From positions 3,038,001 to 3,102,000 of the forward strand of contig OZ218958.1 of the NCBI GenBank assembly GCA_965112735.1: a stretch of DNA of 64,000 nt. Direction: 5' to 3'. The translations under genes and the position numbers were made by a program. This stretch comes from Phaeosaccion multiseriatum. Lineage: Eukaryota; Protista; Ochrophyta, other classes. Position 1 is the stretch's first letter, and each line of letters opens with the position of its first letter. This document shows, piece by piece, positions 14,701-24,245 of the stretch. The notes under the pieces are model-generated. The model saw only the letters and a program-made list of their open reading frames with translations. It searched no databases and was not told the origin of the DNA.

Positions 14701-15870
14701 CGGAGGACATTCACCCTCTGCGGCCTCGAGCTGAAGGAGGGAGCTTGGCTTGGTTTGTCTGTTTTTTCTCTTCAGTGTTTTATTATCTATTATTTCACGT
14801 GCCGATCCTCCTCCTCCTCCTCCTCCTCCTCCTCCTCCTCCTCCTCCTCCTCCTCCTCCTCCTCCCCCTCCCTCTCCCCCTCCCCCGTCCATGTCTCCTG
14901 CAGCCCGGCAAGCGTCTGTTGCCCCGATCCCAACGCCAGGCCGGCTCCGGTGTACCCCCCCCCATGGCTCGGACCCTCCGTCTGCTCAACTCCTGTCTGG
15001 AGAAGGCCGCCTCTCTCGGCAGCCCCTCTGTGCAGCGCTTGAGTGTGCACGCGTCGCTTCCTCTGTGGTCTGTCCTGCCTGCCGTGAAGGGCGTGTTGAG
15101 GGGTCTCTGCGGTCTCCATCCGCCCTTCGCGGCGAGAAGCACTTGCTTTAGGGTGCAGGGAGGAGCGGCAGAGGCAGAGATGTTGACGGTGAGTAGTGGG
15201 AAGGAGAGGAGTCAAGAGAGGGAGGGAGGGAGGGAGGGAGGGAGGGAGGGAGGGACGGAGGGACGGTGACAGGGAGGGAGGGAGGGATGGCAGTGGATGG
15301 ATGTCGGGAGGTTATATTGTGGGGACCGCCTTCGCTTAACCCCCTCGCCCCGCCCCCTATTACGCACACACGCGCGCACACACACACACGAACACACACA
15401 ATCACACACACACACACACACACATACGTACGCGTGTTTTGTTACTGCCCACAGCACCTGTCGCTCGATGGTGCCGACAGCGGAAAGGGCAGCAGCACCA
15501 CCGGCAGCGGCCGAGCCGGCGAGGCGAGTAGAGGCGGCACCAACAGCAGCAGTCGCATGGGCAGTAGCAGTGCTCCAGAAGGGGAGGACAATGACGTGAC
15601 TTTCCTTGCCGTGCTCGGCCTCAGGCATGGCGGTCTCGTCCTCTCGAGCGTGCTGCTATCAGGCTCTGGATCAGGCTCTGGATCAGGCTCAGGGTCAGGG
15701 TCAGGGTCAGGCTCAGGGGTGGAAGGAGGAGAAGCTTCAATCGGGGGGGGGGAGGGAGAGACCCTACCGGTGGGAGAGGCAGAGGCGCTGCTCTTCAAGG
15801 GGCCGCAGGATGTGCCCATGACGCTGACGGGGGAGGGGGGCACGGATCTCTGGCGCGCTGAGGTGAGAAA

Positions 15871-15910
<40 letters not shown>

Positions 15911-18517
15911 CGGGAGGTAGGGAGGTAGGGGGGGAGGGGTAGGTAGGTAGGGAGGGAGAAGGAGTAGACAAGAGCATCTTCCTTTGCGGCAGCAAGTTGT
16001 TCGGTCTGTAAGAGACTGTAGAAAGTAACGGTTAGCGAGGAAGCGATTTTGTTGTTGCCATTGCCATCTGTTGCGTGCATCGCGCCCGGCCCGGGAGAGA
16101 TGGGAGAGATGCTGACTGCCTCTTGCCTACTTGTTGCCTTCTCCTTCCTCCTCCCGCCTCCCCCCTGCTCTTCCTGCCCTTCCGCCCCTCCTCTCCGCCG
16201 CGTGTGGCGTCGTGCTGCCCTCATGCCATCATGCAACCACCGAGCAGACACGCCAGCGCGGAAACTGTGCGTTGCTCCACATCAGCGCGCGAAGGCAGTC
16301 TATGGTGCTGTATAACACACACCCCACCCTCACGCAGGCCTGCAGGGACGTTATGACCCAGGTGGGTACGATCGCAATTCAAACGGGGTGTGGGTGCCTG
16401 AGTGGGTGGGTGCGGGTGCGTGGGTGTGTGGATGTGTGCGTGTGGGTGGGTGTGTGGGAATAGCAGTAGACAAGGGGCAAAGGCTGGACAGCCCCCACAC
16501 ACCCCTCCACGAGGCACAACACACATGTACCTTTTGCCTTTTTTGCATATGATGGTTGGAGTAGTTGAACCTTTCATTCTCCTCCTTTCGGTTCGAGGCG
16601 AGATGCTCCCCCATGCTGTTGCTCTGCTCACACTCAGTCCGTTTCGTCTGTCTTGGCCTACCCTACCCACTCCTTGCACCCTCTGGAACACACACACACA
16701 CGCATACACGCTCGCATATATATGTACATATATATATACACGCTCACACACGCATACGCACACACACACACCCGCCCGCGCGCGCACACACACACACACA
16801 CACGCGTACGCAAACACTCACACATACACCTACCCACCAAGGTGCTGAGCTGGTGCTCGTGGCAGGCAGGCATGCTCGAGTCGCTTACTTGCTGGAAGCT
16901 CAATCTCCACTCCCACCTTCCCACCTTACTGCCTCCCGTCAACACGGTTGCCGAGTCGGTGGCACTGGGGCTGGGGGGGGGGTCCACAGACAGAGGAGAA
17001 GGAGAGGGGGCAGACAGAGGAGGAGGAGGAGGAGGAGGAGGAGGAGACGAAGAAAGGGATGGAGGAGAGGAAGGCGGAGCAAGCGGGACAAGGAGGAGTG
17101 GAGAAGGGGACCGCATCAGCAGCATGTCTCCGGCTCTAGGAGAGACTGTTGGTGATGGTGATGGTACTGGTGCTGGTGCTGATGGTCGTGGTGGTGGTGG
17201 TGGTGGGGGTGGTGGGGGTCTCACTCCGGCAGCGTCTGTTGCCTCTCTGTCTCTGCTGAGCCCCATGGCCGCCGTTATCTCTGCGAGCGACAGCCTCGCC
17301 TTAGCAGCAGCTAGCACAGCCTCTGTCCCTCTCTCCGGCGGTGGCGGGGGAGGAGGAGGAGGAGGAGGAGGGGTGGAGGATGGCCTGTTGCAGAGCCGGG
17401 CTAATTTGAGCATGCTTATCTCGCCGGAGCGGCAGACCAGTACCGCTTTGAGGCACGCGATGGCCTTTACCCTGGCGGTGGATGAGGGCAAGGAACGAAG
17501 GGATTCCTCCTCGGCGGCTGCTGGGCAAGGAGTGACACAAGATGCCAGCGGCAGTAGCGGCGCCCAGGTCGCGAGTAGTGCTGGAGGGGTTGGTTCTTCG
17601 GCGACAGACCCTGGTAGTGGGGTGGGCTCAGTCGTCGCCATCGGTGACGAGGGCGGTGCTGCGGGTACCTCACAGCACCCTTCGTCTTCTTCCACGCCTT
17701 CGGTTGGCGGTGGCAGTGCTCTGGAAGAGCCCCGAGTAGGAGGTGAAGGAGGAGGAGGAGGAGGAGGAGGAGGAGGGGGAGCAGGAGGAGGAGGAGAACT
17801 AGCAGCAGGGGAAGGAGGAGGAGGGGAAGGAGGAGGAGGAGGAGGAGGAGGAGGAGGAGGAGGAGGAGGAGGAGAAGGAGGAGGAGCAGGAGGAGCAGGA
17901 GGAGGAGGAGCGGAGGAGGGAGAAGGCAAAGAGAGCAAACTGCTTCTTCCAAGCCCCGAGAAAACCGGCGCCCCCTCCACCACCGCCAATACAGGCACCA
18001 CCCCTCCTACAGCAGCCCCTAAGAAAGACTTGAGCGCGATTTTGGCTCGGCAACAGGCCCTGTCAATAGGGCTGGGCAAAGCGAGGGCAGCTGCAGCCGG
18101 AGGAGGAGGCGGCGGAGGAGGAGGGGTGGGGGGGGATATAGCAGCGATCGCGATGGCGAGGGCTCGATCCCGCGCTCGGGGGGGGCGTGGGGGGATGGGA
18201 AGGCCCATGCCAGGAATGGGTATGAGGCCTCCTGCTCATCTATCGCTTGGGGCAGGGGCAGGGGAGAGCCACGGTCAGGGTCAGGGTCAGGGTCAGGATC
18301 AGGGGCAAGGTCAGGATCAAGCGCAGCAGGGGCAGCAAGGGCAGCAGGGGCAAGGTCTTGGCGTATCGCCAGCGTCGGCACCGTCAGAGAGTGAAGCAAG
18401 CAGCGGCGTAGTCACAGATGGAGACGCGACTTCGAAGTTGATGACCTCGACATCTGCATCGAGTGGCCTGCCCACCAACCCCAGCTTGGCCAAAGGAGGG
18501 GCGCCAGCTTCAGTGGA

Positions 18518-18552
<35 letters not shown>

Positions 18553-19057
18553 CAGCAGAAGCAGCAGTTGATGATTCAGCTGCACCAGTAGCAGCAGCAG
18601 CAGCAGCAGCAGGAGGAGGAGGAGGGGGAGAAAGCTCTCCTTCTTTGGCCTCGTCGTCGTCCGGAGGGGGGGGCAGCAGCGACATGGCAGTGTCAAGCAC
18701 GTCAAGCACAGCGGCCAAGACTCCTGTCAAGGCAACGCTGTTTCCTCGGGTGGGGGCGGAAGGAGGAGGACGAGGGACACTCGCAATGGCTGGGGTACCG
18801 TCGGGCAGCACCCCACACCGCAGCGCAGACGCTCCAACAAACGAGGCGAAGGAGGAGCCTACCCCTACTCCTCCGCAAACGGACAAGCCAAGGACGGACC
18901 AGGCTACTGCCGCCGCTCCCTCTACTACTGGTACTCCTGCCCCGCCCGCTGCTGTTTCGGGCCTGCTTGCTCCTTGTGTGCCCTCCTTCGCGTCGTGCTC
19001 TCCGGCGGCGGCGGGGGTGGACGGGGTGGCGTGGAGGAGGTTCGTTCGAGAGGTACG

Positions 19058-19106
<49 letters not shown>

Positions 19107-22100
19107 CATCATCATCATCATCATCATCTTATTCCTGTGCCTTTCTTGTTTCCTCCCCCTCCTCCTCCTGCGCTTCCTGCGCTTCCTCCTACTGCTGCTC
19201 CTGCTTCTGCCCGTTCCCTTCCTCCTCGACTCCAATCCCACTCTTCTACTTGCTTACTTTACATCTTATCTTCCATTTTGCAATTCGGATCCTTCTTTGT
19301 CCGCTGCTGACGATGTAACTCTTCTTTTTCTCTCTCCTCCACCTTACCCATCGGCCTGTGCTTGACCCACCTAAGTCAACAAGAGCGAGTATGAGGAGTA
19401 AGCCCTACAAAGGCAACGCCTTGCAGCGAAGCGGTCAGCAGTTGGAGGACCTCCTCAGCCACGCCGAGAGGCGAAAGCGCTCCGTTTGCGCCACTGCCAC
19501 GCACCATAAGGTGCTGAGGGCAGCACTCCAGGTTGGCGAGAGTGACGACGACGACGACGATGAGGAGGAGGAGGAGGAGGAGGAGGAGGTGGAGGAGGAG
19601 GAGGAAGAGAAGAAGGAGGAGAAGGAGGAGACAGAGAGGAGGGAGGGGAGTGAGGGTGAGAGGGACAGGGAGAGGGATAGAGTAAGGGAGAGGGCAGGCA
19701 CGGCGGAGCGCTTGCCCTCTACCGAGAGGCCCAGGGAGGGCAATGGCGAGAAAGCGGCACGGGGAGGGAAATGGCAAGCCGAGCAAGGATCAGGAGGAGA
19801 CTACTCCGCCGCCGCAGCAGGTACTGAACCCGGATCTGCAGCCTCGCGTCACGAGCATCAGCATGCACACATGCAGGAGTATGGGCAGCGCCAGCGACGG
19901 AGGGAGAGGGAGAGGGAGAGGGAGGGGAAAACAGAGCACGAGGCGCTTGTGGCAGCGGCGGTGTCCGAGCTGGAGGCAGGAACAACCCTCATGGGTCAGG
20001 CGAGGATGCATACCTGCAGAATTGTACCGCTCACCATCGCCATGCCCCACAAGGCTCCAGAGCCATCGTCAGGGTCAGGGTCAGGGACAGGGCCGGGGTC
20101 CGGCTCGCTTTCCCGCTCGGCCTCGGTTCTGATAACGTCCAGCACCGCTGCGGAGGGCGAGGAGGGAGGGGAGGGAGGACAAAGAGGTGGTGACCTCGGA
20201 GGAGGAGGGGGAGGGGGCGGAGAAGGGGGGAGGAGGGGAAGTACGCTGTTGCACACCAGGTCTGCTCAGCACCGCCGAGGAATGTCGGACTTAATCGCTG
20301 CGACGGACTCTGCTACGGCGTCGGCCCTGGCCTCGATGGCCAACTTGGAGCGGGCGCAGAAGCAAGCCGAGCAGCAGCTGTGGAGACTGGGCAGGCGGTT
20401 CCTGGATGGGTATGCTGCTTACCTGCGCTCCTCGCTGGGCTTTCGGTGGTTCGGCCTCACCTCGGGGGCGGAGGAGGACTGTGGTGATGGTGCTGGTCTT
20501 CACAGTTCGTCGGTGCAGCAGGGCCGGGGCCGTCCGGGACCCAATTCGAGCCCCCCAATCTCTTCTCCCAGGGGGGGAGGGGGCGGAGGGGCTTCTTCGA
20601 ACTCCCCCTCCCCCACAGGGAAGGTTTCTGCGGCTGCGACGCGGCCCCACCCCGCGGAGCTCAAGGTGGGTGCTGCTTGGTCAGTACTGACACTTTGAAG
20701 TTTCAGTTTCAGTTTCATTTTCTTTCGTCTGTCTTTTTGTTGGTGCGGATGACTCACGTTGGTATACTATGCTGTGCCCGTGCTGTATCACCAACTGCTG
20801 TGCTGTATCACCACCTACTGCAGGTGTTCCTGTACAAGCGAGCGTCCAACTCAGACACGGCCACGGTCGTTAAGGTGGCCGTGAGCGTCAGGAGTGGACG
20901 GAAGGGGGCACGCACGCACACACGCGAGGATGAGCGGCAGGTGCTAGCGAGCTGCACATTGTTCACGGTCGATCTGATGCAAGTTGGGGGGGCGGGGCCC
21001 ACTCTGTCGCGAATGGGAGCAGCAGCACCAGAAGTAGTAGGAGAAGGAGCAGGAGGAGGAGGAGCAAGTGGAGGAGAAGGAGGAGGAGGAGGAGAAGGAG
21101 TAGAGGCAGGTGGATTTGCTCCTTCCGGAGAGTTGGGCGAAGAGAGAGAGTTGAGGGATGTGTCTGGTCAAGCCCATCCTCCCTCGGAGGCCGGGGGGGC
21201 GCAGTCGAAGGATCTTCACGCCGCAGGGGTGGGCTCCACCCTTGCAGATCGAAGCGTCGAGCAGGGCGGAGGGACCCCCCACAGAGGATCAGCAGCCGCC
21301 ACAGCAGCCGCCGCAGCAGTGGCTGATACGGCCTTGGTCGGCAGCGGTCACGGCAGCGCCAATGCCGTGGTGGGCGGTGACGCCATGACCAACACCAATA
21401 CCAACACCACCAGCACCATCTCCGGCGACAAAGTCCTGACACCAAGCAGTCCTCCTCCCACCTGCTGTACCTTTCAATGGCTCCTGCCCGAGGGGGGCGA
21501 TGGAGCAGCAGCAGCAGCCCAACAACTGGCGCAAGAAGCTCCCCAACCCCTCCTCCTCCACGCGGAAAGGACTCCTCAGCTCCCCTCCGACCTGCTCTTC
21601 ACGGAGCACACGCTGCGCTTCCGCTCGTCTGTACACGACTACGTAGTGAGACAGATTCGCCGGGCGCTGCTGCTACCTCCTGCAGAGGCGGCTAAAAACA
21701 GCCTCGCTGCGTGTGCACACGAGCATCTGCTGAACCTTCACTTCAGCCGAGTAAGAGGGCAGGGACTCACTCCCACGGGGGCGGCTGCGGCGGCTGCAGA
21801 ACGAGCAGCAGCAGTAGCGGCAGGAGGGGCAGCCGTAGCAGTTGGTGATACAGTAGGAGGAGGGGGAGCAGCAGCAGCCGCGAGGGGGCTTCCAACGACA
21901 GGCATCGAGACGACCACGACGCCCCTGGAGAGCAGCGGCTGGAGTCACAGTCACCGACGCACCAACAGCATTACGAGTGTCACCAGCGTAGGCAGTGCCG
22001 CAAGCAGCCTCGGCGGAGCATCGGGCTACTATCGGGGCGGTGGCGGCGGCGGTGGTGGTGCTACTGATGCTTGTGGTGGTTGCGGCGGAAAGTGGCGCAG

Positions 22101-22336
22101 CGGCGGCTCCATCTCCTTTGGGGTGTTTGAGGCTATGGCGATGAGGCGAGTGCCCCTTCCTCCTGCCTCTTCAACTACTACTTCTTCTTCTTCGTGTTCT
22201 CCTTCCTTCGGGTCCTCGGCGCATGTGTTCAGCAAGAAGGTCACGAGGAGCTCCGCCACAGAGCTGTTGAAGTATATGGCGGAGAGGGCAGAGCGGTATG
22301 GCATGCGGAGGTTCCTGGGACCGAGCGACACGGCAT

Positions 22337-22367
<31 letters not shown>

Positions 22368-24036
22368 AGTAGCACCAGCAGCAGCAGGAGGAGGAGGTGG
22401 AGGAGGGGAAGGGGAAGGAGAAGGACTTGGGCTGAGGCTGTTTGACCCAACGACACCTCCTCTACTCGTGGGCACCACTCGCCTGAGGTGGGAAGGAGAC
22501 GAGGAAGGCGACAAGCCCGCATGTACTTACCTCATCACGCTGCCGCGGGGAGGGGGCGATGGGGGAGGAGGTAGCGGCAAGGGTGACCATGGAGACGCCT
22601 CGATTGGAAGTAGGGGTGGGAGTGGCGAGGGTAGGGAGGGGGACGACCATCTTATGGCCTTTATCATCATGACGGCAGGAAGGGGCTTTCCCACTCGAGG
22701 AGGAGAGGCAGAGGACCCACTGCCTCGCGTTTCGAGGGGCAGCAGCAGCAGTCACAGGAGCAGCGACAGGCGCAGGCTCAGGCGAAGGCGTACGGGTCGT
22801 CTTGCCACCGCCAGCGAGAGCCGCAGTCTGCCCCAGCCTGGCGAGCTGGCGGATGCCATGCAGGCCTTTCTGGCGCAAGTGCTACACACGGCGGCCCATC
22901 ACCGCCAAAGGGACATGATGTGGAAGCTTACCCGAGGGGCGCTTCAGGCGGGCTTGAGGGGGGAGGCAAAAGCACCCATATGTAGTAGCCAGCGAGCCGA
23001 TAACGCTAGAGCCGATGCCGATGTGCTCACAGATGGCGAAGGTGGTGACGGTGGCGGCGCTGGTTTTGGGCGTACTGCGAAAGCCGCTGTGGGAAGGGGG
23101 GCGACTCGCAGTGCGCAGGGAGGAAATACGATGGGAAACGCCGGTGGTGAAGGCAAGGAGAAGAATGAGGAGGCGGAGGAGGAGGAGAAGGAGGAGCAGG
23201 AGCAACAGGAAAAATATGTAGAGGAAGGGCAAGGAGAAGGAGATTGGAAGAGTGTCAGTAGCGACGAGAGTTGCACCAGTAGTGACAGTGGCTTCGAGGG
23301 CGGCTTGACGCTGGACAATGTTGTCGCCAACCCCTCCTCCTCCTCCTCCTCCTTCTCCTCCTCCATGAGCCAGCAGGAGCTGGAGTTGCTCAAGTCTCTC
23401 TCCGTGCTTGTGCTGCTGGAGAAGCTTGATCCTCGCCTCCAAGTGCTCCTGCACACCGACGTTGGGCTGGATTGGAGGACGTGGTTCACACACGTGGCCC
23501 AGGGGGGCACGGCTCACTCGGCTCTGAGGGTGGGCTCTCACCAACTGCTGGTGCTGCCCCGGGTCCAAGGGGAGGAGTTGGGGGCGGGCGGTCTGGCAGG
23601 GGCGGAGCACATGGGGCCATGGCGGCGGTTTGAAGGGGAGCATCCCGCGGCTTCGGGAGGGGACGATGGTGCCGGTGCACGTGGCCCTGATGCTGGTGCG
23701 GGTAATGGCGAGGCTGAAGGAGGCCCGGACGGGGACGGCGAGCAAGACGAGGGCGATGCCGCCCCTATTCTGCTGCTGGTGACGCTCCTCTCCGTCGCCC
23801 CGTCTGCTGCCACTGAGGGCACCGCTGCGGCAAACAGCCTCCAGCACAGTCAGCCCCGGCGCCAGCAGCGACAGTTGGTGGTGCAGCAGCAGCGTCAAGC
23901 TTCGAGCGTGGAGATTGCCCTTGTGCTCAAGGAAGAGAGGGCGCGCCTCACGTGGCGGCAGCGGCAGACGGTGGCAGCCTTCGTGGACTCTCTCTTGGCG
24001 TGGGCGAGTCGAGGCTTGGGCCTGCGGACACTCTGA
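1..24036 (+). CDS. SZT2: SZT2 (KICSTOR scaffold) homologue; multi-exon (about 18-20 exons), 5' end upstream of window, heavily expanded with poly-E/G/Q/A/T tracts
   Basis: Ordered motifs matching remembered animal SZT2: RSYLRSRRWLWS...ARQREGF (3010-3115), IMTEFMMEPQYG (3530-3565), GQFECPLQLVRLFPLYHRL...LQPFAVANRRDCFVYGDK|VSVFYMELRE (10285-10730), IELRVFGL, RQRDMMWKL, ELELLKSL...EKLDPRL, and terminal AAFVDSLLAW; stop TGA at 24034-24036. Approximate exons bounded by GT-AG: <1-765, 1108-1360, ~1691-2307, 2922-3182, 3453-3664, 3889-5749, 5940-6227, 6541-7833, 8181-8309, 8930-10439, 10700-~13270, ~13580-14681, 14903-15189, 15454-15862, 16248-16361, 16842-19052, ~19360-20665, 20824-24036. Several boundaries are uncertain. 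Confidence 0.85.
794..1050. repeat. (CTGA)n intronic microsatellite
   Basis: Directly visible tandem repeat inside an SZT2 intron. Confidence 0.95.
2308..2790. repeat. (GAGT)n intronic microsatellite starting at the splice donor
   Basis: About 480 bp of gtga/gagt repeats. Confidence 0.95.
8338..8670. repeat. GA-rich (GAGAGGGT-type) intronic repeat
   Basis: Directly visible. Confidence 0.9.
14490..14611 (+). repeat. (GAG)n coding repeat, poly-Glu in SZT2
   Basis: More than 30 consecutive GAG codons. Confidence 0.95.
19061..19127. repeat. (CAT)n intronic microsatellite
   Basis: Directly visible after the donor at about 19053. Confidence 0.95.
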
Positions 24037-24245
24037 GAGCAGGCAGGCAGTGAGGATGAGGGAGATAGTCCAAGAAGGCACTGGGTTGTTGCACCGCTGC
24101 CGAAGGGAGGAGTGGAGGGGGTGGGTGGGGCAGGTTGGCAGGGCTTACTTTCGCCTCCGCTCCCGCGGACCCATGCGGTTGGTACACTGTAGAAATCTGC
24201 ACGGGACATTCTAGTAGGCTTGAAAGATAATTATTCATTAAATAT

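Noticed and set aside
133-24081. Numerous long minus-strand and alternate-frame ORFs over SZT2 (e.g. 4553-5800, 16658-18208, 22882-24081)
   Set aside because: They are shadows of GC-rich, trinucleotide-repeat coding DNA and microsatellites, with no recognisable domains.
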